From the NCBI RefSeq assembly GCF_009914755.1, contig NC_060948.1: a stretch of 64,000 nucleotides of DNA, one strand, 5' to 3'. The position numbers were made by a program, and so were the translations under genes. Positions within the stretch are counted from its first letter, which is position 1; every line of letters begins with the position of its first letter. The stretch comes from the human T2T-CHM13v2.0 reference genome, Homo sapiens. Positions 1-16,708 of this stretch are shown here, piece by piece. The notes under the pieces were generated by a model that was not told the origin of the DNA, searched no databases, and saw nothing but the letters and a program-made list of their open reading frames with translations.

Positions 1-41
1 GTTCCATAATCAGTAAGTTTTTTTCAACTAAAGAAGTCTTA

Positions 42-240
<199 letters not shown>

Positions 241-613
241 GAAAGAAAGAAAGGAAAAGAAATATGAAAAATTATGTGGCATCATTGTCCTTAATTTGCT
301 CTTAGTAATTTTTGTGAGCAGCTGGTTAGCAATCTAAGTGAGATTCCTATGTCTGACTAAGTCAGATTGCTAACCAGCTGCTCAAGTTGCCAGATCTGTA
401 ATATTTGGCAAGCTATTTGTGCTGTCTGTACTTGTTTTCTCATTTGTTAAAATGTTCCTAATTTTAATTTGTTCCTACCTACTTAGGAAAGTAACTCTAA
501 TGTTAATTAGATTATATGATTACATCAAAAAAGTACTAAATGGCACATAATTAGGAACTCAAATGTTAGCTACTATTGGATATTACAAAGTTTTACATCT
601 GCTTCTGTTTTAG

Positions 614-3690
<3,077 letters not shown>

Positions 3691-5120
3691 AAAGCAATAA
3701 TTAACTGCTTCCTTTATGACTATGCACTAAGGTCTTATAGTCCAAACTTTCTCTGTGTCTGGCTAGTATTGAAAACTAGATAAACTGCTCCAAACCAACA
3801 TGGAGTAAAGAGCATATTCACTGGTTTATTTGCAGTAATTTGCAATTTGTCAGTGTATAAGACACATGCAGGGTGAAGTGTACAGAGTTTTGTAACAAAT
3901 GACTGGTCCTAATCTGTAAATGAGAAAGGTATATATACTATGTTAATGTCTGACTGTTAATTCTTAAGCAAGAAACTTTTTTTGATGAAAACAAGTCAGA
4001 TCTACACAGTCACACAATTATTTTTTGTTGTGTTCACTACATTGTGCAATTGATATTGCCTGCTTTGAGCAGTTTGGTCAACTTACCAACTTCCCCCCAA
4101 AAAAGGGAACATAAAAGAGCCCATCTTTGTCAGTTTACACCAATAGTTTCTTGTTAATCCTTCTTTCCTGGATATATAAGGCTGGTGGTAACTTTTGAAT
4201 TATATGGTTGATGTGGAAAATTGGCAGTGTAACATTTCTAGATACTTTTCATTACCTTTTTATTCTGGTATATAGGCTAACCACTTTAAAGCTATTCTTA
4301 TGCTGTAACAGTTAGCATGGCTTCACACTGTTTGTGTAGCCAAGAGGACAGAATTACATGAATGACAGTGCCCAGAGTGACAGCTGTATATTGCTCAGAG
4401 CTTTTATTTCTTATACCTAGAATAAATATAAAATGGGGGAAAAATGTGACAGACAAGCAGTTTTTCATTGCACACATATTCTTCACATTTAATGTTTGAT
4501 AGTTCAATTTCTTGAGCTGAAGAATATCAAAGTATCGATAATACGAATTTTAAAATATTAAAACCAATACACAAAATTTTCCTATGTCAGAATGTGGTGG
4601 AGCATAATAGATTGTATTTGGTGTGCTTGCGATTTTTTTTTTCCATAGAATTTATTAAGTGAAGTTTCTAAAACTTTGCTTCTCCTGATCCCGGTGAAGT
4701 GTACATCATAAGAATCCATAGTACTTTGAAGTACCATTGCACCAAGATGTCTGACTGAATTCATAGTCACACTTTTATTTGAAAGAAAGAATTGTTGTAG
4801 TTTTTTTTCATTATTCTAAAACTCTTGTTGTTAGATACAAGATTTAATTAAGATCTAAGCTCCTGCTTATTTAATGTAATTCTAAGGTACCATTTTAGAA
4901 AAAACATTTGTTTTAAGATTCCAAGAAACCTGTGAGTTAATACTATATTTAAAAGAGAATTGGTAAATTTTGAATGTGTGTAATATTTTGGAACCTGTTT
5001 AAAAACCAAATATACCTGCAAATAGATACAGCCTATCCTATACTATTTAAATGTTTGGCTGTTTTGTTTTATAGAAATTATTTTGCTGAATTCACAAATA
5101 AAATTTAAGAAGACTTTTGT
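3691..5120 (+). other. USP9Y: USP9Y 3'UTR
   Basis: Repeat-free AU-rich sequence from the stop codon to an AATAAA followed by a GU-rich tract. Confidence 0.75.
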
Positions 5121-5145
5121 CCTGTGGTGTGTTTTTGTTTCTTGT
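5097..5145 (+). terminator. USP9Y polyadenylation signal and downstream GU-rich element
   Basis: AATAAA 5097-5102, then ttttgtcctgtggtgtgtttttgtttcttg; a further AATAAA lies at 4421. Confidence 0.7.
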
Positions 5146-6914
5146 TACTCTCTTGTAGTATTCTTAAGGACTACGCATTTAAATTAATTATTTGCATGGC
5201 ATGCGTTGGCATGACACTGAATTCAGCATTTCAGACACATTGAGTTTTTATGCATAAAAAAATTGGCCCTTGGCCTTTCATTAAGGACCTAAAAAAAGAA
5301 AAAAAAATTAAGATATTGGCCTTGTAAAAAAATTTTCTAGCTTAATCATTTTTGTGCTTTTGGCACATTTTTACATAGTTGATTCTTGTTATTCACAGTT
5401 ATAAAGTCACCATGAATACCAAATTAGCAAATGTTGAACTATTTTATACAATCAATATTTAAAATGCTTATACTCTCCCAAACTACCACTCTGTAACCTG
5501 TGTAATATGTTCATTTGATGTAATATCTCTTTGCCCATTGTTGGACACAGTAGACCCTGGAATGTGTTGCTTAGTATGAAGAAATGCAATTCATTTGTCC
5601 AAATTGGTTATAATATCTTTTTTTATATATAGCATTTTAAGCGTTATCACTGACCTCTGCGAATACAGTCGTCAGGATCCATTAATGCCCTGGCAGGGCT
5701 ACTGCCATTGGTCCATTGTAATCCAGCTATGTTAAGGGCCTTCCTATTCAGGCCATAGTTATTTGCAGTCTGTGTCTCTCTTCTCACCTGGAAATGTATC
5801 TTGGGATTTTGTTCCTCACAGAGTACAAGAGGAATATGTCTAGATTCACCCCATCTGCATTACTGCTGCATCTCTGTAAGGTGACCACCTCAAGCAAATC
5901 CACCAGGATATCAACTTGCTGGTTCTAGTCACCTCCCCATCGTCCTGGAGAGGGTCCTTCGGGTGGATGTCAACATACCCTTCTTTAACATACCCCTTAA
6001 ATTCCACCTTGTACTTTCCAAAGGGCTGTGTCACATACTGGCATATGCTTAATAGTTCAGTTTTCCATTGTCCCTGTGGCCAAGCCGTCAGTCACTACTC
6101 ATGAATTGGCAAGAATTCAAACAAATGCAGTGTTTAAAAAAAAATTGTAAATTTTTTAATACTCATAAGAAAACAACATGCAGTTCAACCATTCAACTAA
6201 TTTGTTTATTCTATCTTCAATCGGTCTTTTCATTTCTAGTCTCTATGAAAGCCTGCCAACAGGACATTGTTCACCCACCTTGAAACTGCCATCTGTAAAC
6301 CAAGCAGGTCTTTCTTCGTCAGTAGGGAGCTATTCAAAGGGTATTGCCCATGCAAAAGTAGCATGCAGTAGTTCCTGAAGTGGTTCCAAACTTGATCATA
6401 GGAAAAAAGAGACTACCTGCTCTTTAACATGATTAGCACCTCCTTGCACTTTCCTGGTAACATGTCCGTCTATAAATCCATTTTGCATGTTATTTTGGAC
6501 CTCTTCTGAGCACTTCCTCATTAGAATGTTTTCTTAATTCACGCAACACATTATAGGTGTTTCAGATTTTAAGATTATGGTCTTCAGTCTCAGAAGCAGG
6601 CAAGACAAGCTAGTAATTAGCTTGTCAAGGCGAACTACACCAATGCAAGGCAAGCTATTAAGTATCTCTCAAATGGCACATATTATATCATGGCATCCAG
6701 GAATTTCCTGGTCCAAAATTCCCAGCTATTGCTGCAGAGTGGCATGTGCAGTTGTTTGTTTGTTTAACCATAGTTTCAGTCTGCCTAATAACCTGCAAGC
6801 ACTTCCAAAATCAGATTGTGGATCATAACGCCCCAAAATATTGAGAGAGAGCACTTTTTGAAATTCAGACATGGCCTGCCTTAGTGCAATTTCTTAATTA
6901 AAGAAACCCCACTC

Positions 6915-7300
6915 TCTTTTTTTAAGTTGATGCATTATAATTGTACATATTTATGAGGTTCAAATGATATTTTGATACATGTAGACAATAATGACCAAAT
7001 CACTAATTGGTATATTGGTGTATTGGTAATTGGTATGTTAGTCACTTCATACATGTATCATTTATTTGTGTTGAGCACATTCCAAATCTAATCTTGCAGT
7101 TATGTGGAAATATAATTATTCATACCTATAGTCTCCCTCCTATACTATCAAACGTTAGGACCTATTCCTTCTAATGCTATTTGTACCCATTAACTAACTC
7201 ATCTCTTCCCCTGCCTAGTGTTCTTCCCAGCCTGTGGTAATCTTTCTACTCTCTACCTTCATGAGATCAACTTTTTATTTCCCATCTATGAATGAAAACA
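6915..7300 (-). mobile_element. L1MA-type 3' end fragment
   Basis: T-run then ttgtacatatttatgaggt...tattttgatacatg...tctactctctaccttcatgagatcaac, typical of an antisense L1M 3'UTR. Confidence 0.7.
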
Positions 7301-8164
7301 TTCCTGGATTTTTTCAATTAATGTCCCTTCAATGAAACTTCTTTTGGGTAGTGTTCTGGAAAGGAGCTAGAAATATTTTCGGATGTGTAATAGGAATCCC
7401 CAAAATCCTATTCAACCAAATGCTGGGCTTCCTGTTTGCTTAGGAGTACGTAATGACAGAAATTCATTCTAGGTCACCTATGAAGTGTCACAGTGTCTCT
7501 TTCCAGGTGTTTCTAAGAATTTCACCATTTGGGTGCATCTCTGGATTTATGATCTCTCCTTGTTGGTCATGTGAATCAACATATATAAGTCTGTGTTAGA
7601 TTGCTCTTCAGTTTCAGTTTTAACATGTCATCTTCAGTATGTTGTAGTAGTACATTGAAGAACTGCATCAAGCCCAAATCTCTCATAACCAAGTTATGAT
7701 AGTAATCTTATGGCAAAATATTAATAGTTAATGTCATTTGGGATCTTTTCCACATGCAGTTGACTCTTGTAAGATTGAGACAAAGAAAAACATTTGCAAG
7801 ATGAATGCATATCACTATCCTATAGTCTCTTTGTTGTACTGTGGAAAGGAATGTCGACACTATTGATGGTATATGCAGCACTACGTTATTCTAGATTTGT
7901 TTCCATGAACCAACTCTTTTTCTCCTAGGTCACAAAAAGCTTACTCTAGATAATTTGTCAGTACTAGTCCTTTCGTTTCTAATTAAATTAGTTAAAGTGT
8001 TTTTTGTTTGGGGTTTTATTGTTGTTGTCCACAAAGTATCCTACGCTGTTTCAACAATTTTTATGAGCATAGGTAGTTCTAGTTGTTCCTATTTTAATGT
8101 ATTCAATCAAGTCTGGACTGAGGGCAAATTTCATGCCTTCTATTTTACTATAAGAAGTAGCATA

Positions 8165-8432
8165 GGGTGAGTGCAGTGGCTCATGCCCATAATTCCAGCA
8201 CTTCGAGAGACTAAGGCAGGTAGATTGCTTGAGCCCAGAAGTTGGAGACCAGCATGGGAAACATGGCAAAACTGCATTTCTACAAAAAACACAATTAGCC
8301 AGGTGTGGTGACAGGTGCCTGTCATCTCAGCTACTGGAGGCTGAAGTGAGAGAATCATCTGAACCCAGGAGGTAAAGGCTGCAGTGACCCATTATCACGC
8401 CACTGCTCTACAACTTGGATGACAGAGCCAGA
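8165..8432 (+). mobile_element. Alu (AluJ-like)
   Basis: Sense Alu dimer, diverged. Confidence 0.85.
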
Positions 8433-9518
8433 CTGGAGAGAGGTTGGAGAAGCTGGATAGGCCTGTACCATCACAGACAAACCACATCACAAAGTTTCTT
8501 CATCTCAAATTTTCTTGCAGATATTCACCTTAAATTAATCACTGTTGGATCCCCTATCCTCTCAACTGTAGTCCCCACCAGGTCTTGGAATCACAGTGCA
8601 TGGTGTTCCCATGTCATTGAATCCCAGAAAAATACTTACCCTCTGCACATTTGATGTATATATATGTGCTTTGGGTCCCCAGTCTGGAATCAAATCAGTA
8701 TGTCCTGACCCTATGCCAATCTTCATCTTGATTCATCTGTCCATCAGATAATTACCCAGACAATTCAAAGGCAAGTTTCTTATTGTTATCTTTTACTCCT
8801 GGCTTTTTAAATACTTGGAAACTGAGATAAATCGTGCAGATTTATTTAGGGCCCCTTTTCCTTTCCTTTTCTGTGAATATCTCTTTTCTGTGAATCAGTC
8901 TGTGAATGAATGTCTCCCTCCTTTTGCTTTTTCCCTTTCCTATGAATCTTCTGAGTACCTGTAAGGCCTATAAAAGGAATCTGAGACAACATATCCAATA
9001 TGACTTCTAGGACTGTTTCTTAGTTTTGATTCAGTAAGGCTATAGGATATATCGATAAAAAGGGACCCCCACCCCAATAAGACAGCATTTGCTGGTAGCT
9101 GGATAAGGGGTCTTACTCAGTAGATGAATATCCAGATCATCTTGAGGCCAGTGCAGGATTGCATGCCCATGAGTATATCACTTGTCATAGATGGAAGGAA
9201 AACGACTTCTCATGGTAATCAAACTTTACAGTGGCTTTTATCCAGAAGCTAGCTTTCTCCTGGAAATCACGTACAGCCCTCTGTTGTTCATACCAAGCTG
9301 TGAATCTTATATCAATCAAAACACAGTCTTCTGTTTAATAGCATTCCGAACCAAATGCACTGCTCTTAGGAGAAGTTTGTTGCTCTTACAATCCATTTAG
9401 TAAAGATTCTTCAGAAAGCTGACAATACCAGTCCACAAAATAATAAAACCCTTTTGCACTCTATACTTGCTTACTTCTTGTAGCTTATTGGTTCTACCCT
9501 TCTTCTACTTGGAGTGTT

Positions 9519-9552
9519 GCACTTGATCTTAGTCAAGAGGCTGAAAAGTGAT
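9519..9552 (-). pseudogene. 3'-truncated U2 snRNA pseudogene fragment
   Basis: Reverse complement atcacttttcagcctcttgactaagatcaagtgc matches U2 nt 1-34 (atcgcttctcggccttttggctaagatcaagtgt) at 28/34. Confidence 0.8.
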
Positions 9553-9621
9553 TACCTAGACAATTGGTTTGGTGATGTGTAGTCCTAGATGTGTTAGCTG
9601 TTGTGTTGATACAATTTTCCC

Positions 9622-9941
<320 letters not shown>

Positions 9942-10184
9942 CAATTTTCCCCTTTCATAGTAGTCCTCAGGCTATCAGTCAAAGCTGAGACTGAAATGTA
10001 AAGATACCTGAAATCTGAGCTTGGCCCAGTATTAGAATTTGCCCCAACGCTCTTTTACTTTTTTTTTTTTTTAGCTATTACAGACAACAATAACCAAGGG
10101 ATTGTATATTTAGCTTACTTGTCTTTTTGTATTTCCTTATGTACCCAGTAAGCCACACCTGTTTTTAGTGCATTTAAAATAATG

Positions 10185-10515
10185 AGGTTGGCACACTGAC
10201 TCTCACATAATCCCAGCACCAAGAGAGGCTGAGGTGGGCAGATTACCTGAGCCCAAGCATTTGAGAGCAGCCTCGACAACATAGCAACACCCTATCTCTA
10301 CAAAAAATAAAACATTAGCCAGGTAGGGTAGTGCAGGCCTGTTTTACCTGCTACTGTTTTGGGAGACTGAGTCAGAAGGTTGACTTAAGCCCTAGAGGTC
10401 ACAGCTGCAGTGAGCCATGATTGCAGTACTGCATTCCATCTTCAACAGTAGAGTGAGACCCTGTCTCCAAAAAATTAATAAAATAAAACAAAATTAATTA
10501 ATTAAAAATAAAATA
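10185..10515 (+). mobile_element. Alu (AluJ-like)
   Basis: Diverged sense dimer with A-rich tail. Confidence 0.8.
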
Positions 10516-12107
10516 ATGAGAAGTACAATTGTCATGGTTTATTGTCTATTCATCATTCTACTAAATGCTAAGATTAGCAATGCTATGGGTCCCAGACAAA
10601 ACTTGAAATACTTTTCTAACTCCATGTTCAAGAACATCATTTTTTCAAATGAAATGTGTTTTAGAATTAAAGCCAGGCAGCTTTAGTTTGGCTTCTATTA
10701 GTCTTTTTATGGCAAGAAGTAACTTTCTTGCTGAAAGCTGCAAATTAAAGGTAGTAAGTTTGGAAACAGTTCCAAAACTATGTTATTTCTTCTTGTGTAC
10801 CTTCATCTTTTAACCATATCATTATAAACATTCTCAGTGTTTAGCATCATACTAAATCAAACTTAACTGCTCCTGCTTTCTAGTACCTCTCTGTACTAGA
10901 AGCAAGAACATAGGTAACTAAATTAGTTAATAGTGCTTTTCCATTGTATGCAGAACTACCATAGATTTCCTTTGACTTTCCTTCTTACCCTCATCTGAAA
11001 TCAATATGACTAAAGACAATTAAGAAAACCCACAATTTGTGGCCATTATGCTAAAGCTAGCATACAGTGAAGTGTTAAGAGTAGTAGGAGCTCTATTATT
11101 AGCAATAGGAGCTCTGTTGGATTCAGCAGCTAGTGGATCCTTTGTGTGCTTCATTTTTCTCCTGTAAAATTAGGATAAATATATGAGGATTAAAGTACAC
11201 AAACAGCTAAAAACAGTACTTGACATATGATAAAAACATATATCTTTATATTATTCTTACTGTTTAGACATTTTTTGTACTTCAAGGATAAATCGAAGAC
11301 CATACATATACTGCATTTTGTTTCAACATAGCCCAGAGCAATCCATAACAGTATTTTCCATTGTTATGGGAATCGCTTCATTTATTCCTGCAACAAGGTA
11401 CAAATATGCAAGTAGGTAACAATGTTGAAATAAACATTTAGAAAAACATCCCAGCCACTTCCTATGCCTACGTGCTTTAATGCTAATTCCCTTTTTTTAA
11501 AATGTAGCTTTAAATTTTCCCTAATGTTTTTTCATAGCTGTATTTAATTGTAATCAGCCTTTTTAATAATCACTTTAGGATGTGGCTTCCATTAAGCCAA
11601 TTTGTCTTCATGCCTGCCATTTGTCTTCATTATTAATGTTACCATCCACCCCTACTTAATTGTGGGAAAAGTGATAAGAGCTTTTGGTAATAACTTTTGA
11701 GCTATGTGTGATATTAACTCTTTAGCTACATGTGAGCTACCTCCATATTAAAACAATTTATTTCACAAATAAAAGAGCTATTAATGAAAGAGTCCAGTGT
11801 TTAGACAACTTTAAAATCTTTTATATAAATACACTAATCTAGATTAAAAAAAAAACAGCCAGCATTCTTTCAGTATTAGTCAACTGTTAATATGCTGTAA
11901 ACATTTTGCATACATCATTCTCAAATGGATATAAGGGTTCCTATTTCCACTTTGCAAGTAAGAAAAGTTAGACATGGAGTGGGTGGAGATCCCATAACCA
12001 TAAGCGACATACTGTGGACTTGAACTTAAGAAGCCTGAATTCAAGGCAAACTCTAGAATTCTAGAGTAAGAAGAGATCTCCAAAAGTAAGAACAGATCTC
12101 CAAAGAA

Positions 12108-12708
12108 CAGAACTAAAAAAGTATCTGACACAAGTCTCCATCAGTTTATCAGTTTATTTTGCCTACATTGAGGGCATACTTGGGAAAAAGAAACACAGGC
12201 CACAGTAGGATCTGTAGCTCACACTTTTTCCAAAGAGGGTTTTGAGGGCTTCAATATTTAAAGGAAAAAAAGGGGGGCAAGAGGCAAGGGAGGCAGGAAA
12301 AAATGGGGCAGGCAGACAAGTGAGACGGTTGTATTCTCTTGAGGCTTTGTTTAGCACTCATTGATTCTACATGTTGCATGTGAAAGGGAATGGGTAGAAA
12401 AACATGCAATTTTGTGTTGATCTCATACTCGGTACATCTGCACTTTACACAACATAAAGTCAACATGGAGTAGAGAAAAAAGTCAAACATGCATTCCATT
12501 ATTTCTAGGCTCCTCTTGTCCCAGACTTAGGAAGATAAGTTGTTCATTTGCATTGTTGAGATGACAGAGGCTACCTGGGGAGATGATATGGCCTACTGTC
12601 TTGTAGCTTTCTGTTTAGAAAAGAGTGTCTGTGTGACCCATTTTCCAACCTTAACTTTTCTCTTTGGCATAGCGGGTTTGGGGAGATCTCAGAGTTCTTT
12701 ATTTCACA
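12108..12708 (-). mobile_element. MER4-family solo LTR (ERV1)
   Basis: aaaaagtatctgacacaagtctc...gtttattttgcc...tccaaagagggttttgagggcttcaatatttaaagg resembles the antisense MER4 3' end. Confidence 0.7.
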
Positions 12709-12932
12709 GTTTTGGTCATTAGGGGCTGACTTCAGTGAACTGATGCTTGCAAACCCACAATAACTGAAATGTAGATATCTGTCTTTTTACATATAAGCAT
12801 TTATTTTTCTGGTTCCTTTTGTCAAAAGCCTCCAAAAAGATCAGCTCCAAAGTTCACTCCAGATTAAATATTTATGAGGAAGCCCTTACTGTGTGGCACC
12901 TGATACTTTTGCCACATTCAGTTTTTAGGAGA

Positions 12933-13742
12933 TGTGATTATTAATTTTGTGTCAATTTGACGGGGCCGTGACATATCTGGCCAATTATTCTGGGTATGTC
13001 TGTGAGAGTGTTTCTGGATGAAATTGACATGTAAATGGGTAGATTGAGTAAAACAGATCAGCTTGCCTAAGATAGGGGCCTTGTGCAATCGGTTGAAGGC
13101 CTGAGTTAAGCAAAAAATTAAAACTCTCCTTTAAGTTAACAGAAATTTCTCCCATCTGACTGCCTTCAAACTGGGATATCTTTTTTTTTTTTTTTGACAT
13201 ATTCTAACTGTTGCCCAGGATAGAGTACAGTGGCTCAAACCTGCTAAGCAGAGGTTACAGTGAGCCAAGATCGCAATACTGCAACCTCTGCCTGCCAGGT
13301 TCAAGTAATCCTTCCACCTCTGCCTCCCCAGTAGCTCAGATTACAGGACTGCACCACCACACCCAGAAAATTTTTTGTATTGTTAGTACAGGTGGGGGTC
13401 TCACCATATTGCCCAGGCTGGCCTGGAACTCCTGATTTCAGGCAGTCTGCCCACCTTGACATCCAAAGTGCTAGGATTCAGGCATGAGCCACTGCATGTA
13501 GGCCAAACTGGGATATCTTTTTCCTCTACCTTTGAACTCAGCCTGAAACATCAGCTCTTCTGGGGCTTGAGCCATTTGGTCATTCTATTGGAACTTACAC
13601 CTCCTCTCCTGCTTGCTGACTGCAGATCTTGCAAATTCTCAGCTTTCATAATTTCATGAGCCTGTTTTTCATAATAAATCACACATACACACACCCTATT
13701 GTCTTATTGATTCTATTTTTCTGGAGAACCCTGACGAATACA
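12933..13742 (+). mobile_element. MLT2 (ERVL) LTR interrupted by an antisense Alu (13181-13504)
   Basis: TGTGATTATTAATTTTGTGTCAATTTGAC start; ctggagaaccctgacgaatACA end; Alu TSD caaactgggatatc. Confidence 0.8.
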
Positions 13743-13850
13743 GAAGGAAAGCACTAAATCCAGCCACATTGAAGGAGAGGGAAATTCATGGTTTGAAGGG
13801 AGAATTATCAAAAATGTTACCTTAAAAATAATTTAAAGATTAAACAGAAG

Positions 13851-14142
13851 CGGCTGGGTGAGGTGGCTCATGCCCGTAATCCCAGCACTTTGGGAGGCCA
13901 AGGCAGGTGGATCATGAGGTCAGGAGTTTGAAACCAGCCTGGCCAATATGGTGAAACCCCATCTCTACTAAAAATACAAAAATTAGCCAGGCATGGTGGT
14001 GCGCGTCTATAATCCCAGCTACTCAGGAGGCTGAGGTAGAAGAATCGCTTGAACCTGAGAGACGGAAGTTGCAGTGAGCGAAGATTGCACCACTGTACTC
14101 TAGCCTGGGCAACAGTGAGACTTCTCTCAAAAAAAAAAAAAA
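13851..14142 (+). mobile_element. Alu (AluS-like)
   Basis: Sense dimer with poly-A. Confidence 0.9.
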
Positions 14143-14179
14143 GATAACAATTCAAATTCTCAGGCATTGCAGTATTTAT

Positions 14180-14239
14180 TTCCTTCCTTCCTTCCTTCCT
14201 TCCTTCCTTCCTTCCTTCCTTCCTTCCTTCCTTCCTTCC
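14180..14239 (+). repeat. (TTCC)15 microsatellite, probably Y-STR DYS441
   Basis: 15 perfect TTCC units at the tail of an antisense AluJ (~14310-14585); marker name from recalled flanks. Confidence 0.85.
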
Positions 14240-15599
14240 TCCTTCTCTCCCTCCTGCCTCCCTCTCTCCCTCCCTCTCTCTCTTTTTCTCTCTCTTTCTC
14301 TCTTTATCTCTTTCTTTCTTTTGAGACAGCTTCTTGCTCTGTCACCCAGGCTGGAGTACAGTGACACAATTATGGCTCAATGCAGCTTCTACCTCCTGGA
14401 CTCAAGCAGTCCTCTCACTTCAGCCTCCCAGTTCACTGGGGCTACAGGTACATACCACTAAACCTGACTAGAGACAGGGTTTTCCTGTGTTGCCTAGGCT
14501 GATCTTGAACTCCTGAGCTCAAGCTATTTGCCTGCTTGGCCTTCAAAAGTGCTGGAATTACAGACATGAGACACCACACTCAGCCAATATTTTATTTTCT
14601 AACATTGTTGTGTAGCTTTATTCCAAATACCATGATTTTGAGATCATCCTGTAGCCCCTTCTGAATACAAAATGCTATCCAAATAACTGTGAAGTATCAG
14701 GAAACTCGATGAGGCAGAAGTATAAAATATGTGCTGTTCCTGTAATGTTAGGGGTACTCATGTTTCAAGCCACCTCTATCAAATTCACCTATAGCTAATG
14801 GCTATGTTTTGCCAGAAATGCTGCAAATTGTGACCAAGAACAAGCAAAAGTAGTCATTTACAATACCTCATAACCTGGTTCAGGAAGCATGAGTAGTAGA
14901 TATCATTGGCCTCACAATCACCACTGCTTCCACCATAGGATATATGCCGAATATATGACTGACTAGTATTTTCCCCATTAATGCTGTCCATATCCTTTGT
15001 TAGCAGTAGCACCACTCACAGAAGTGAAATTATAACGGCATTATCTATTGGCCACTTACCACATTTCAGGTGCTGTTACAGTATGTATCAACCTATCTAA
15101 TTCTGACATAGCTCTCATGAAGTAGTACTATTATTATTATTCTTCATTTAATAAATAATGAAACTGAAGCATAGAGAAGCTATTACACACTCAAGTTACC
15201 ACAACTAGGCAGAGGTTGTGCTAGAATTTAACATAGAAAGCTGTCTACACAATGCAGGTTAATGAGTACAAAGGGACTGTTACTAAGCAATAAGGGGCTA
15301 AACAGAGGGGTGTTGCCCTTAAGGAAACCTAAAAATATCCCAGAGGTACAAACAGAAAGCCTTGTGTAAATGTTGGTTACCGTTATTTTATGCATTCTAG
15401 CAGGTACTATGGAAAAAGATAGCCTCATTTAGATTGTGAGTGCTATAAGGGTAATGATAATATCCTATACTATACACCATTGTAAGTGCTCCACGAGTAT
15501 TTTTCATTGACAATAAAGTAATAGAAAAAAATCATACTTAAATTTAATCTAGTTTTAACAGTAATTGTTACCTACTTTTGAACTATAGTCATAAATCCT

Positions 15600-15980
15600 T
15601 CTTATGGACTGAATGTGTTCCCCTTCCCACAAATGCATAGGTTGAAGTCCTAGCCCCCAAAATATTAGCATTTGAGAATACCTGTGGGCAGTAATTAGGT
15701 TTAAATGAGGTACAGGTGGGACCTGCATAATAGAGTTAATGTCTTGTCTTCAGTAGGAAGAGAAAGAGACTGAACTTGGATTTCTCTACACCATGGGTAA
15801 ATATAGCAAGAAAATGGCAGATTGTAAACCATGAAGAGAGCCCTCACCAGAAAAAGTTAACCAGCCTTCATCTTACCACCTTGATCTTGGATTTCCCAGC
15901 CTTCAGAACTGGAAGAAATAAATTCTTGGTTGTTTAAGCCACCCAGTCCAAGTATCTTATGAAGCCTGAGTAAGACAACA
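15600..15980 (+). mobile_element. MLT1 (MaLR) LTR
   Basis: tatggactgaatgtgttcccc...accttgatcttggatttcccagccttcagaactg...aaataaattc...tttaagccaccca. Confidence 0.75.
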
Positions 15981-16076
15981 CTTTACTCACTTTATCTGAA
16001 AACAATACTGCAAAGTAGATGCTGTGCTCATTTTAGAGATATTGGCAAACTTGCTCATAATCACACAGAAAAAAGA

Positions 16077-16377
16077 GGCTGGGTGCTTTGTCTCATGCCT
16101 GTAATACCAGCACTTTGGGAGGCTGAGGCAGGTGGATCATGAGGTCAGGAGTTTGAAACCAGCCTGGGCAACATGGTGAAATCCCATCTCCACTAAAAAT
16201 ACAAAATTATCTGGGAATAGTGGCATGTGCCTGTAGTCCCAGCTACCTGGGAGGCTAAGGCAGGAGAATCGCTTGATCTTAACACATTCATCTTGGATCA
16301 GAGTGCTGCAATGAGCCGAGATTGTGCCATTGCACTCGAGTCTGGGCGACAGAGCAAGAATCTGCTTCAAAAAAAAA
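16077..16377 (+). mobile_element. Alu with a private internal replacement segment
   Basis: Sense dimer containing non-consensus gatcttaacacattcatcttggatcagagtgc. Confidence 0.9.
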
Positions 16378-16708
16378 TTCTTGGCTCTAAATACATTGAC
16401 TATGGATCTACCAGGATACCTCTCCATTTTAAGGTCCTTAATCTAATGACACATGCCAAATTCTTTTAACACTGTAAGGTTACATATTAACACATTCTAA
16501 GGATTAGAAGATAGATATCTTTTGGAAATCATCGTTTTATTTATCATATTAAAATAATCAACATATTAAAATAAGCAAATTATCAATCTTATTTAATGGA
16601 CTGAGATGATGCATAAGAAAAATTTAAAGGAAAAAAGCCACAGATTTGGAAAAGAAGGAGATAACAGGGTTAAAGTGGAGGAAGAAGTATAATTAACAGC
16701 ACTTATTA

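Larger units (their letters stand above)
5640..9430 (-). mobile_element. Degenerate ERVL-class internal (gag-pol) remnant, interrupted by L1 and Alu
   Basis: Minus-strand relic motifs: integrase LDY.GP (~5710-5730), GYVDIH (HVDAH-like), RNase H SW.V.DGLA..GQW-like (~6065-6110) and WLELH (AQWAEL-like, ~6180-6205); many stops. Confidence 0.6.

Noticed and set aside
12933-13742. MLT2 LTR as the cognate LTR of the ERVL remnant at 5.6-9.4 kb
   Set aside because: Opposite orientation and ~3.5 kb of unrelated sequence between them
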